Source: an uncultured Candidatus Saccharibacteria bacterium (GTDB lineage Bacteria > Patescibacteriota > Minisyncoccia > Phycocordibacterales > CAYSCM01). Taken from it: 64,000 nucleotides of DNA. Below, one piece after another: positions 27,258 through 37,099 of the stretch (position 1 is the stretch's first letter; each line of letters starts with the position of its first letter). Both the position numbers and the translations under genes were made by a program. The notes under the pieces were generated by a model, which saw only the letters and a list, made by a program, of their open reading frames with translations, was not told where the DNA came from and searched no databases. Location: assembly GCA_964429815.1 (NCBI GenBank), contig CAYSCM010000001.1, positions 256,001 to 320,000 on the forward strand. Reading direction: 5' to 3'.

Positions 27258-28529
27258 ATGCAATCTTTTTTCGAAAAAATCCGAGTCATCATTACCGACG
27301 CAGCGCTCCGTAATCGCATCATCTTCGTGCTCGGCGCGCTCGTCGTCTTTCGGCTTCTCGCCATAATTCCGATCCCGGGCGTCAACACAACGGCCCTCAA
27401 CCAGCTCTTCTCCAACAACCAGCTCCTGGGACTCTTCAACACTTTCTCCGGCGGGGGCCTCAGCAACCTTTCGATCGTACTCCTTGGTGTCGGTCCCTAC
27501 ATCACCGCCTCGATCATCATGCAGCTTCTCACCATTATGTCGCCGCGCCTTAAGGCGCTCTATACCGAAGAGGGGGAGGCGGGTCGGGAGAGGTTTTCCC
27601 AATACAGCCGCCTCCTCACGCTCCCCTTGGCGCTCATCCAGTCCTTCGGTTTCCTCGTTCTCCTCGAACGACAAGGCGTCGTCTCGTCGCTCTCCAATTT
27701 CAACTTTGCGGTAAACGTTCTCGTGGTCGCGGCCGGCTCGATTCTTCTCATGTGGATCGGCGAGCTCATTACGGAGTACGGCATCGGCAACGGCGTCTCG
27801 CTTATCATCTTTGCCGGCATCGTCTCGCGCCTTCCCGCAACCATCTCCCAACTCGCCTTCACCTTCACTGCCTCCCAGATCCCGCTCTATCTCACGTTCG
27901 TGATCGCGGCGGTCGCCATCGTCGCAGCGGTCGTCATCCTCACGGAAGCCGAACGACCCATTCCCATAACCTACGCCAAGCGCGTACGTGGTATGAAGGT
28001 CTACGGCGGCACTTCTACCTACCTTCCGCTTCGGCTCAACCAGGCCGGAGTTATTCCCATCATCTTCGCGCTCTCGATACTGCTCTTCCCGCAGCTCATT
28101 TTCAATTTCCTCTCGCACGCGCACAGCGATGTGATCGTCGGTATCAGCAATGTGATACTACGCTTCCTCAACAATCCGTTCGCCTACGCTGCCATCTACT
28201 TCGTTCTCGTGTTCGCCTTCACGTACTTCTATACCGCGGTCACCTTCGATCCGGATTCCATCTCGCAAAACCTTCAAAGAAACGGCGCCTTCATTCCCGG
28301 CGTGCGTCCGGGCGAGACGACGTCGCGCTACCTCGCAAAGATTCTTACCCGCCTTACGCTCGTCGGCGCAATTTTCCTCGGCATCATCGCGGTATTGCCG
28401 CTTGCAGTGCGGGCGATCACTGGCATCCAGGCGCTCGCGATAGGCGGCACCGCGCTTCTCATCGTCGTGCAAGTGGTCATCGATTTCATCCGCCGCGTCG
28501 ATGCGCAGCTCTCCATCCGGGAATATTAA
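27258..28529 (+). CDS. secY: preprotein translocase subunit SecY
   Basis: 10-TM SecY homology. Confidence 0.95.
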   Translation: MQSFFEKIRVIITDAALRNRIIFVLGALVVFRLLAIIPIPGVNTTALNQLFSNNQLLGLFNTFSGGGLSNLSIVLLGVGPYITASIIMQLLTIMSPRLKALYTEEGEAGRERFSQYSRLLTLPLALIQSFGFLVLLERQGVVSSLSNFNFAVNVLVVAAGSILLMWIGELITEYGIGNGVSLIIFAGIVSRLPATISQLAFTFTASQIPLYLTFVIAAVAIVAAVVILTEAERPIPITYAKRVRGMKVYGGTSTYLPLRLNQAGVIPIIFALSILLFPQLIFNFLSHAHSDVIVGISNVILRFLNNPFAYAAIYFVLVFAFTYFYTAVTFDPDSISQNLQRNGAFIPGVRPGETTSRYLAKILTRLTLVGAIFLGIIAVLPLAVRAITGIQALAIGGTALLIVVQVVIDFIRRVDAQLSIREY

Positions 28530-28567
28530 ACTGCAAGGAGCGCAGTGTTGGTGATAAGCTACTCTCC

Positions 28568-29167
28568 ATGGGGCCGAAAACGTTCATTTTCACGGGCCGC
28601 TCCGGCTGCGGCAAGGGGACTCAAGCATCGCTTCTTATTGATGATTATGCCCACGAAGGCCAGCCAAGCTACCGCATCGAATCAGGGGCGATGTTCCGCT
28701 CGTTTATAAGCGAGCATGGCTATACGAATGCCCTTGCCGCCGATATCCTCAATTCCGGCAAGCTTCAACCCGAGTTTCTTTCTATCTGGGTGTGGAGCAA
28801 CCTCCTTATACGTGACTTCCAAGACCCCTCCCCGCATCTCGTGCTCGACGGTATGCCGCGACGGATTCACGAAGCGCCGGTACTTGATGGGGCCCTCGAT
28901 TTCTACGATCGGGCAGAACGATTCGTGATCTATCTCAATGTGTCGAGGAAGTGGTCCGAAGACCGACTCCGCGCTAGGAAGAGGGATGACGATGTGGAGC
29001 AGTACATACAGAATCGCCTTGATTGGTTTGAAAGCGAGGTGATGAAGGTAATCGAGTTTTTCAAGAAGAATACGAAGTACACGTTTCTTGATATCAATGG
29101 CGAGCAGCCCATTGAGAAGGTTCGGGTTGATATCGCCGCTGCCATCAATGCACATTCGAAACACTAA
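28568..29167 (+). CDS. adk: adenylate kinase
   Basis: FTGRSGCGKGTQA P-loop; gene sits at the conserved adk position between secY and map; ORF-track entry 27752..29167 is a frame artefact. Confidence 0.75.
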   Translation: MGPKTFIFTGRSGCGKGTQASLLIDDYAHEGQPSYRIESGAMFRSFISEHGYTNALAADILNSGKLQPEFLSIWVWSNLLIRDFQDPSPHLVLDGMPRRIHEAPVLDGALDFYDRAERFVIYLNVSRKWSEDRLRARKRDDDVEQYIQNRLDWFESEVMKVIEFFKKNTKYTFLDINGEQPIEKVRVDIAAAINAHSKH

Positions 29168-29918
29168 CGATATAGAAATTCTTCGCGAGGGAGGTCGCCG
29201 TTTGGCGGTGGTTTTGCGCCAGGTCGCTGCGGCCGTGAGGCCGGGAGTTTCCTCCGACGAGCTCAACAAGCTGGCGCAGAAACTCATCGAGGAGGGTGGC
29301 GACAGGCCGGCGTTTCTCGGCTACACGCCGGAAGGTGCTCCGCGCCCTTACCCCGCGGCGCTCTGCGTTTCCATCAACGACGAAGTCGTGCACGGTATTC
29401 CCAATGAGATACCGACCGTTCTGCGGGAGGGCGACATCGTCGCCCTCGACCTCGGGCTCATCCATAAAGGGCTCATTGTCGACGCGGCGGTTTCAGTTCC
29501 TGTCGGAAAGGTAGACGCAGAAGCACAAAGACTCATCACCACAACTAAAAAGGCTCTCGAGAAAGGCATCGCCGCTGCCCGTGGAGAGGCGAAGGTGGGC
29601 GACATCGGCGCGGCGATCCAGGCATTCGTCAAGCCGCACGGCTACGGCATCCCCCTTGAGCTCGGAGGCCACGGCGTTGGGATCAAGGTCCACGAGAAGC
29701 CCTACATTCCGAACGTTGGAAGGAAGGGGACGGGAGAGAGACTTACTGTCGGCATGGTCATTGCCATCGAACCCATGCTGAACGAAGGAAGGGCGGATGT
29801 GCGTATGGACAGCGATGATTACACCATACGGACCGCCGACGGCTCACGAAGCGCCCACTTCGAGCACACGATCTTGATAACTGAAGGCGCACCGGAAATT
29901 TTGACGAAAGAAAACTAA
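29148..29918 (+). CDS. map: type I methionine aminopeptidase
   Basis: IEILREGGRRLA..., metal ligands D/D/H/E/E pattern; overlaps adk by 20 nt. Confidence 0.9.
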   Translation: MHIRNTNDIEILREGGRRLAVVLRQVAAAVRPGVSSDELNKLAQKLIEEGGDRPAFLGYTPEGAPRPYPAALCVSINDEVVHGIPNEIPTVLREGDIVALDLGLIHKGLIVDAAVSVPVGKVDAEAQRLITTTKKALEKGIAAARGEAKVGDIGAAIQAFVKPHGYGIPLELGGHGVGIKVHEKPYIPNVGRKGTGERLTVGMVIAIEPMLNEGRADVRMDSDDYTIRTADGSRSAHFEHTILITEGAPEILTKEN

Positions 29919-29931
29919 ACAAGAGAGAATT

Positions 29932-29969
29932 AAAAACGCGGGACCCTAAGGGTCCCGCGCCGGTTTTTC
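29932..29969. terminator. strong hairpin terminator after map
   Basis: CGCGGGACCC-taa-GGGTCCCGCG then ccggttttt. Confidence 0.75.
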
Positions 29970-30224
29970 CGGAAGCATACCGAGAAAGTCGCTGGCGAGA
30001 CGGGACGCTCTACCTCGTCGCTGCGGCGCCTTGGCGCGCGCTCGCTCGATTTCCTGCTCGAGCGCGCGCTGCCCTTCGAGCTTTTTCCGCCTTCTTTCTT
30101 TTCGTCGCTCCCACAGCGAGTGGATAGTGGTGCGCATGAAACCCTCCAAAAAACGTTTCAGCGACTATACCGCAGGTGTGCATCTGTGCAAAGTCGCCGA
30201 TACGAGCGGGGTATACTAAGGTGC

Positions 30225-32945
30225 ATGGAAAAGATGGCTGCTGTCGAGGGAGTATTTCAAACCCCCGAGGAAGAAATAGCGCATTTACGTGAGCAGCTCA
30301 CACGGCACGAGATAGCCGCGATCGTCGGAACCTCCGGGCCGCCCGAGCCGCTCCAGCAGGTAATTCGCGCCTACGCGCAAAAGCCTCCTCACGAGGTCAT
30401 ACCCGGCCCCTCCATGCTTCCCGAAGGGCGTGCAGGCGAGATCGCCCTCGAGCTAAAACCCGAGTCGCATGACGAGAAGATGGCGGAGCTTCTTGGTATT
30501 CTCCAGGAACACGGAATAAAAAACGCTCTCACGGTCGCGGAGAAACTCGGTCCCCACGTTGAAGACGATTTCCACCGTTTTTTGGTCGAGTATCTACGCG
30601 AGGGGTTTTCCGTAAAAGGGTTCCACGAAGGAGGGGCGCTCTGGCGGCCGCTCCATATGAGGCTCTATGAGGTGCGCATATCACAGAAAGAAGAGGAGGC
30701 CGGCAAGGACCTCAAGAAAGCCCTCTCAGGAATGGAACAGCTCTACGCCGCACTCCTCGCCTCCTCCGGCAAGCGTGAGTTTCGCAAAGATTTCTTTACG
30801 CTCGAGATCGCGGTCGGAAATTCCTCGGAGGATATCGTCTTCTATGTTTCCGTGCTCGAGAGCAAAGCCGACCTCCTTCAAAAGCAGACACTCGCGCTCT
30901 TTCCGGGCGCGCGGATCGAGCTCCTGCGCGATGATTATAATATTTTTAACGAAAAAGGCGCCTCACTTGCTTCCTATGGCTCTCTTGCCCGGTCGCCGGT
31001 CTATCCGCTTCGGACCTATGATGAGTTCGACCACGATCCGCTAAGTGGCATCATTGCGGCGTTCTCCCGGATGCGCAAGGAGGGCGAGGGGGCCGCGTTC
31101 CAGCTCTCCGTCTCGCCCGTCGGAGACGAGTTCAATGCACGGTTTAAAAAGGCGGCAGTAGACCTCGAGAAGGGAGTCCCCGCGCCGAAGGCGACCAGGG
31201 TCGCCCTCTCCACGGGAGAGAAAATTGTCTCCGGCATCAGCAAACTCATCGGGGGAGAGGGCAAAAAGAGCGATACCCAGAAGCCGGTCGACTCCGTTGC
31301 GCTCGAGGAGGTAAAGAAAAAAATAGGCAGCCCCATAGTTCTCGCCGGCATTCGTCTCGTCGTTTCGGCCGAAAACGAAATGCGCGCGAGCGCCATCCTC
31401 TCCGACCTTGAAGCATCGTTTGGTCAATTCAGTGCGGCCCAGGGCAACGCGCTTTCGTTCAAACGGGTCCCTCGGAAAGCCCTCACGGCATTTCTTTCCG
31501 ACTTCTCCTTTCGCTCATTCGATGAGGGGAAGGGCATGCCCCTTAGCCTGCGTGAACTCACCAGCCTCTACCACCTCTCCGGTGCAGCGCTTGTCCCCAG
31601 CCGCGAGGTGAAGCAGACGCGCTTCAAAACGGCTCCGGCGCCGCTTGAGCTTGTCGAGGAAGGGATACGCCTCGGCAGCAACCGTCATGGAGGCGAGGAG
31701 CGTCCCGTGCGGTTTGCCGATACCGATCGACTCCGCCACCTCTACGTCATAGGGCAAACGGGCACCGGCAAGTCTGTGTTCCTCAAGAACATGGTCATCC
31801 AAGATATCGCACGAGGGGCCGGGGTGTGCTACATCGATCCGCATGGCTCGGATATCGAGGAAGTGCTCGGCGCGGTGCCGCCGGAGCGCGAGGGAGACGT
31901 CATCTACTTCAATCCGGCCGATCCTGAGCGCCCCTTGGGCCTCAATATGCTCGAGTACGATGCGCGCTTCCCCGAGCAGAAAACGTTCGTAGTCAACGAG
32001 CTTCTCTCCATTTTCAATAAGCTCTTCGACATGAAGGTCGCGGGAGGGCCCGCATTCGAGCAGTACTTCAGAAATTCAGCGCTTTTGGTTATGGAGCACC
32101 CGCAAAGCGGAAACACCCTTTTTGATATCGGGCGAGTTCTTGCGGACCGCGGCTTCAGGCAGATGAAGCTTTCTCACAGCCAAAATCCAACCATCCAACA
32201 ATTTTGGCGCACCGCTGAGGAGACGACCGGCGAGCAATCGCTTGCGAACTTCGTTCCCTACATCACCAATAAGTTCGACGTCTTTACGACCAACGACATC
32301 ATGCGCCCCATCATCGCGCAGGAGCGCTCGGCGCTCAACTTCCGGGAAATAATGGACTCGAAAAAGATTCTCTTGGTGAATCTCGCCAAGGGGCGTCTCG
32401 GCGACATCAACGCGAACCTCATCGGGCTTGTGCTCGTCGGCAAAATACTCATGGCCGCGCTCTCGCGAGTCGACTCATTCGGTGCAGATCTCCCGCCGTT
32501 CTACCTCTACATTGACGAGTTTCAGAACATCACCACTGACTCCATAGTTTCCATCCTCTCAGAGGCGCGTAAGTACGGCCTTTCGCTCACCATCGCGCAT
32601 CAATTCATCAAGCAAATACAGGAAAATATCCGCGACGCGGTCTTCGGGAACGTGGGGAGCCTCTGTACATTTCGGGTTGGAAGCGACGATGCGCAAGAGC
32701 TCGAAAAACTTTTCGCGCCCACCTTCAAGGCTATGGATCTTCAAAATCTCGACAACTACAACGCGATCCTCAAACTCCTCTCCGGTGGAAAACCCATGGT
32801 GCCGTTTTCCCTCGCCACCGCAGCGCCGGCTGCGACCGACCGCGACACGGCCGCCCGCATTAAGAAATCCTCCGCGCTTCGCTTCGGGCGCCCCAAGTTC
32901 GAGATTGAAAAAGAAATTGCCGCACGCTATAGTCAGCCCCTATGA
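30225..32945 (+). CDS. large soluble P-loop ATPase with VirD4/TraG/TrwB-like C-terminal domain (type IV secretion DNA-binding domain family)
   Basis: Walker A VIGQTGTGKS, Walker B FYLYIDEFQN, TIAHQ motif; ~500-aa N-terminal domain of unknown function, no TM segments. Confidence 0.6.
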   Translation: MEKMAAVEGVFQTPEEEIAHLREQLTRHEIAAIVGTSGPPEPLQQVIRAYAQKPPHEVIPGPSMLPEGRAGEIALELKPESHDEKMAELLGILQEHGIKNALTVAEKLGPHVEDDFHRFLVEYLREGFSVKGFHEGGALWRPLHMRLYEVRISQKEEEAGKDLKKALSGMEQLYAALLASSGKREFRKDFFTLEIAVGNSSEDIVFYVSVLESKADLLQKQTLALFPGARIELLRDDYNIFNEKGASLASYGSLARSPVYPLRTYDEFDHDPLSGIIAAFSRMRKEGEGAAFQLSVSPVGDEFNARFKKAAVDLEKGVPAPKATRVALSTGEKIVSGISKLIGGEGKKSDTQKPVDSVALEEVKKKIGSPIVLAGIRLVVSAENEMRASAILSDLEASFGQFSAAQGNALSFKRVPRKALTAFLSDFSFRSFDEGKGMPLSLRELTSLYHLSGAALVPSREVKQTRFKTAPAPLELVEEGIRLGSNRHGGEERPVRFADTDRLRHLYVIGQTGTGKSVFLKNMVIQDIARGAGVCYIDPHGSDIEEVLGAVPPEREGDVIYFNPADPERPLGLNMLEYDARFPEQKTFVVNELLSIFNKLFDMKVAGGPAFEQYFRNSALLVMEHPQSGNTLFDIGRVLADRGFRQMKLSHSQNPTIQQFWRTAEETTGEQSLANFVPYITNKFDVFTTNDIMRPIIAQERSALNFREIMDSKKILLVNLAKGRLGDINANLIGLVLVGKILMAALSRVDSFGADLPPFYLYIDEFQNITTDSIVSILSEARKYGLSLTIAHQFIKQIQENIRDAVFGNVGSLCTFRVGSDDAQELEKLFAPTFKAMDLQNLDNYNAILKLLSGGKPMVPFSLATAAPAATDRDTAARIKKSSALRFGRPKFEIEKEIAARYSQPL

Positions 32946-33547
32946 AACATCCTAAAGAAGAACGCACGCTCGTCCTCATAAAGCCGGACGGCATCCAGCG
33001 CACTCTTATCGGCGAGATCATGGGGCGCTATGAGCGCCTTGGGCTCAAGCTCGTCGGCCTCAAGATGCTCGTGCCGACCGAGAAGGAGGTCGAGGAGCAC
33101 TACACGCTCGACCCAAACTGGCGCCGCATCACCGGGGAGAAGCGCATCGCGAAGGCACGCGAGCGCGGCGAAAAGCCGCCGTCAGAGGACCCGCTCGAAA
33201 TAACCGCCATCATTCTCGAAAAGCTCAAAAAATACATGACCTCGGGTCCCGTCATCGCAATGGTCTGGCAGGGAGCGCACTCGGTCGAGCTGGTCCGCAA
33301 GCTCACTGGCGGCACCGAACCGAGAAGCTCCGATGTCGGCACTATCCGCGGGGATTTCGTACTCGACTCCTATGGCATGGCGGACACCGATGGTCGGGCT
33401 ATCCGCAACCTTATCCACGCCTCCGGCACGGTGCCTGAAGCGGAAAAGGAAATTCCACACTGGTTCTCCAGAAAAGAGCTCGTCGACTATCGTCTCGTGC
33501 AGGAGCAGATACTCTACGACGTTAATCTCGACGGAATCTTTGAGTAA
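32942..33547 (+). CDS. ndk: nucleoside diphosphate kinase (long form)
   Basis: ERTLVLIKPDGIQRTLIGEI NDK motif; ATGA overlap with upstream gene. Confidence 0.85.
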   Translation: MKHPKEERTLVLIKPDGIQRTLIGEIMGRYERLGLKLVGLKMLVPTEKEVEEHYTLDPNWRRITGEKRIAKARERGEKPPSEDPLEITAIILEKLKKYMTSGPVIAMVWQGAHSVELVRKLTGGTEPRSSDVGTIRGDFVLDSYGMADTDGRAIRNLIHASGTVPEAEKEIPHWFSRKELVDYRLVQEQILYDVNLDGIFE

Positions 33548-33711
33548 AGGCCAGCCGAAGTTCTAAAAAACACGCCTATTTTCAGCTGAAAATGTGCTCC
33601 GCTGGGCGCTGTCCCGCCTGCGCGAGGTTTTTCGTCCTTCGGCGGGAGAGTATTGAATGTAAAATACCGGACTACGTAACCTTAAGCCCTCTCTTTGGTA
33701 TACTGGAGGTA

Positions 33712-33895
33712 GGTTCGTCTGGCGTATTACCCCTTACGCAAACATTAGGGAGTCCTATATCTCGCCGCGTCCGTGATCGCCGGCCTAGCCGCGAACTACG
33801 ATGCGCCGTTGCGGACACCCACCTGGCGTAGCGCCAGGTAATACGCACAAATGAACCTCCACAGAGTGCTCCCGCGGTGCGGGGGCATTTTGTTT
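33712..33895 (+). ncRNA. candidate small structured RNA (unknown family)
   Basis: TGGTATACT extended -10 at 33696-33704; no ORF; long-range pairing GCGTATTACC/GGTAATACGC; terminator hairpin plus T-run at 33869-33897. Confidence 0.35.
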
Positions 33896-33916
33896 TTCGG
33901 GGTATACTGCTAGGTC

Positions 33917-35284
33917 ATGGCCAGCGGAAAGCTCACGCTCACATTTTACGGCGGCACTGGGGCCGTGACCGGCTCCAACTTCCTTCTCGACGACGGGGAG
34001 ACGAAACTCCTCATCGATTGCGGGCTCCAGCAGGGCACGAAGTTCGTCGAAGATTACAACCGCCAGAGTTTTCCTTACAATCCCCGTGATATCGCCGCAC
34101 TCGTCGTCACCCACACTCATCTCGACCACATCGGCCGCATCCCTAAACTTGTACGGCAAGGCTTCCGGGGCCCCATTTTTTCGACTCCGCCGACCAAAGC
34201 GCTCGCAGCCATCCTTCTTCGCGATGCGCTTTCCGTCATGGAGCACAACCATAAGCTCCACGGCGAACCCCCCATCTATGAAGCAGAGGATATCGAGCGG
34301 GCGCTTTCGCTGTGGCGGGGGGTGCCCTACCACGCGATGGAAAAGATCGCCGGCGATTTCTCCATCTATCTGAAAAATTCCGGCCACATTCTCGGCTCGG
34401 CTATCGTGCAGGTCTACCACCGAGGCATCTCGGTTGCTTTCACCGGCGACCTCGGCAATTCCCCTTCGCCCCTTCTTCCCGACTGCGAAGAGGTGACTGA
34501 CGTCGATTACCTCGTCATGGAGAGCGTGTATGGGGACCGCAATCACGAGAAACGCGACGAGCGCCGCGACGCACTTGAGGACATAATCGAAGACACAGCG
34601 CATCGCGGCGGCACGCTCCTCATCCCGGCGTTTTCCCTCGAGCGCAGCCAGATCCTCCTCTACGAAATAAACCGGCTCATGGAGGGAAGCAAGATACCGC
34701 TGCTGCCGGTGTTTCTCGACTCGCCGCTTGCCATCAAAGCGACCGTAGTCTACGAGCAATTCTGCGACTACCTCAAGAGCGATGTGCGCGGCCAGTTTAA
34801 AAAGTGCGAGGAGATTTTTTCCTTTCCCCAGCTCTTTCTCGCCCGGGAGCGCAAGGACGCGCAGCGCGTTTTGGAGGGGAGGGGCCCCCGTATCATCATC
34901 GCAGGCTCGGGCATGTCGATGGGAGGCCGGGCCCCCGAGCTCGAGAAAAAAATTCTCCCCGATCCGGACTCGACGCTCCTCCTCGCGGGGTTCCAGGTGC
35001 CGGGAACTATAGGCAGGCGTATTCTCGACGGGGCCAAGGAGGTGGTCATAAACGGAGAAACGGTGTCGGTGCGCGCCAGGGTGCTCTCGATACGCGGCTA
35101 CTCCGCGCACAAAGACTCTGATGCGCTTGTCGCGTTCGGACAGCGCGCGGCGGACGCGGCCAAAAAAATATTCGTCACGATGGGGGAGCCGAAAGCATCT
35201 CTTTTTCTCGCGCAGCGGCTTCGCGACTATGTTGGCGTCAATACGGTCGTGCCCAAGGCGGGAGATAGGGTCGAGCTCATCTGA
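33917..35284 (+). CDS. beta-CASP family MBL-fold ribonuclease (RNase J/CPSF-like)
   Basis: HTHLDHIG MBL motif, beta-CASP and RNA-specificity C-terminal region; TATACT 8 nt upstream of ATG. Confidence 0.8.
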   Translation: MASGKLTLTFYGGTGAVTGSNFLLDDGETKLLIDCGLQQGTKFVEDYNRQSFPYNPRDIAALVVTHTHLDHIGRIPKLVRQGFRGPIFSTPPTKALAAILLRDALSVMEHNHKLHGEPPIYEAEDIERALSLWRGVPYHAMEKIAGDFSIYLKNSGHILGSAIVQVYHRGISVAFTGDLGNSPSPLLPDCEEVTDVDYLVMESVYGDRNHEKRDERRDALEDIIEDTAHRGGTLLIPAFSLERSQILLYEINRLMEGSKIPLLPVFLDSPLAIKATVVYEQFCDYLKSDVRGQFKKCEEIFSFPQLFLARERKDAQRVLEGRGPRIIIAGSGMSMGGRAPELEKKILPDPDSTLLLAGFQVPGTIGRRILDGAKEVVINGETVSVRARVLSIRGYSAHKDSDALVAFGQRAADAAKKIFVTMGEPKASLFLAQRLRDYVGVNTVVPKAGDRVELI

Positions 35285-35328
35285 TTCTCCATACGCAAAA
35301 GGAGCTTTTGGACGTATAATCAATCTCC

Positions 35329-35913
35329 ATGGGCGAGGAAATGATCCGTCACGCACATACGAAGGTAAAGGTCTGCGTCTCCGGCGCGGCGGAGACGGGG
35401 CATTGCGGCCTCAATGCATTTGAAAAGGGAAAAGACCTTGGTCGCGAGATAGCTAAGCAGGGCGCGGTCCTGGTGACCGGCGCCACGACCGGCTTTCCCC
35501 TGTGGGCCGCGCAAGGGGCGAAAGAGGAAGACGGCCTCGTCATCGGTTTCTCGCCCGCTTCCTCCGAGCGCGAGCACGTCGAAGTGTTCCGGCTCCCCGT
35601 CGATTTTCATGACCTCATCGTCTACACCGGCTTTGGCTACCCCGGACGCGACCTCATCCTCACGCGCAGCTCCGACGCCGTCGCATTCGGTTGCGGCCGC
35701 ATCGGCACCATTCACGAGTTCACCATTGCCTTCGAGGATAGAAAGCCCATCGGCGTTTACGAGGCGGAGTGGGAGACCGACGAAGTTATACGTACCATCC
35801 TTGAGAAGGGACACCGCCCGGATGGCTTCGTCCTCTTCGATAAGGACCCCGGAGTTTTGGTAGGGAAGCTCATCAAAATGGTTCAAGACCGCAGAAAATC
35901 TTTGAAAATATAA
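35329..35913 (+). CDS. TIGR00725/LOG-like Rossmann-fold protein
   Basis: VCVSGAAETGHCG...AVLVTGATTGFP pattern of SLOG/LOG family. Confidence 0.55.
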   Translation: MGEEMIRHAHTKVKVCVSGAAETGHCGLNAFEKGKDLGREIAKQGAVLVTGATTGFPLWAAQGAKEEDGLVIGFSPASSEREHVEVFRLPVDFHDLIVYTGFGYPGRDLILTRSSDAVAFGCGRIGTIHEFTIAFEDRKPIGVYEAEWETDEVIRTILEKGHRPDGFVLFDKDPGVLVGKLIKMVQDRRKSLKI

Positions 35914-35915
35914 AA

Positions 35916-35946
35916 CAAAAACTCCCGCGCACGCGGGAGTTTTTGT
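35916..35946. terminator. bidirectional hairpin terminator
   Basis: AAACTCCCGCG-cac-CGCGGGAGTTT flanked by A- and T-runs. Confidence 0.75.
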
Positions 35947-36290
35947 TAGGTGACCGTTTTGACTACTTGCGCAAAGGTCTCGGGGTGCTTTTCGGCGAGG
36001 AGGGCGAGAATCTTTCTATCGAGTCCCACCTTTCCTTTAGCGAGCGCGGCGATGAATTTGCTGTAAGAGATGCCGTGTTTGCGGACCTCGGCGTTTATCT
36101 TTACTGTCCAGAGGGCGCGCATGTCTGCCTTTTTGTCACGGCGGTGCGCGAAGGCGTACTTGCCGGCATGGAAAATGGCCTCGCGGGCCTGGCGTTTCTT
36201 TTTGGAGCGGCCGAAGCGGAAGCCTTTCGTTTGGCGAAGAATGTACTTGCGGCGGCGTGTATTGACTACTCCTCCTTTGACGCGCGACAT
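35946..36290 (-). CDS. rplT: 50S ribosomal protein L20
   Basis: MSRVKGGVVNTRRRKYILRQTKGFRFGRS L20. Confidence 0.95.
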   Translation of the reverse strand: MSRVKGGVVNTRRRKYILRQTKGFRFGRSKKKRQAREAIFHAGKYAFAHRRDKKADMRALWTVKINAEVRKHGISYSKFIAALAKGKVGLDRKILALLAEKHPETFAQVVKTVT

Positions 36291-36293
36291 GGT

Positions 36294-36479
36294 CTAGCTG
36301 TTAGGCAAAAAGCGGCTCTTCTGCGCGTTGGTCATCTTGAGTTCAACGAGTCCACGGCGGTTGAGACGCCCCGTCTGCGACTCCTTGGCGTTGAAATGAT
36401 TCTGTCCGGCTTTGCGCGCCAAAATCTTCCCCTTGCGGGTGACCCGGAGCCTTTTGGTGAATGACTTGTTCGTTTTCAT
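36294..36479 (-). CDS. rpmI: 50S ribosomal protein L35
   Basis: MKTNKSFTKRLRVTRKGKILARKAG L35. Confidence 0.9.
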   Translation of the reverse strand: MKTNKSFTKRLRVTRKGKILARKAGQNHFNAKESQTGRLNRRGLVELKMTNAQKSRFLPNS

Positions 36480-37003
36480 GATGCTTTTTTGCTTTTATTC
36501 CGCTCGATGAGGACCGTGAAGCCCTTGGGCGACTTTTTTATCGGGTCGGCCACCCGGTGAGGCTCCCCGATGATGAGCATGAATCGCTCGAGCCGCTCCT
36601 TCAGGAATTTTTCGTCCATGTACTTGTAGCGTCCCCAGAGGAAGAGGTCGATTTTGACGCGATCTCCCTCCCGCAGCCACTCAGAGGCCTTCTTGGCCTT
36701 GAGCGCGAGGTCGTGCTCGCCGGTGCCTATCTTGATCTGCACGCTTTTTACCTCGGTGGTGTGGGCTTTGCCTTTTCCCTCCTGCTCTTTCTTCTTTTGG
36801 TCGTACTGAAACTTACCATAGTCCATTATTTTCGCAACGGGCGGGTTGGCACCCGGACTTATCTCGATTAGATCAAGTGTCGCTTCTTTTGCCCTTCTGA
36901 GAGCCTCCGAGGTCGGGATAATACCTAAATTGGCGCCGTCAGCGCCAATGACCCGCAGTTCGGGCACTCGGATGGACTCGTTGATTCTTACTTTTTCTGC
37001 CAC
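36476..37003 (-). CDS. infC: translation initiation factor IF-3
   Basis: IRVPELRVIGADGANLGIIPTSEALRRAKE IF3. Confidence 0.9.
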   Translation of the reverse strand: MAEKVRINESIRVPELRVIGADGANLGIIPTSEALRRAKEATLDLIEISPGANPPVAKIMDYGKFQYDQKKKEQEGKGKAHTTEVKSVQIKIGTGEHDLALKAKKASEWLREGDRVKIDLFLWGRYKYMDEKFLKERLERFMLIIGEPHRVADPIKKSPKGFTVLIERNKSKKAS

Positions 37004-37099
37004 AGGAACCGGCCTACTCTAGCATTTGCGAGCCGTTTTCGCAATTGGAACTCCGGGTCGATTTTTCTAGTATTGATACTAGATGAATTGGAGTTACCC

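Noticed and set aside
27752-29167. 471-aa plus-strand ORF spanning secY and adk
   Set aside because: An out-of-frame read-through of secY. Only the 3' 600 nt (from ATG 28568) forms the real adk with P-loop GRSGCGKGT.
33785-35356. 523-aa minus-strand ORF
   Set aside because: Antisense to the well-supported beta-CASP RNase gene. It is Arg/Gly/Ala-rich, as expected from the reverse complement of GC-rich coding sequence, and has no RBS or motifs.
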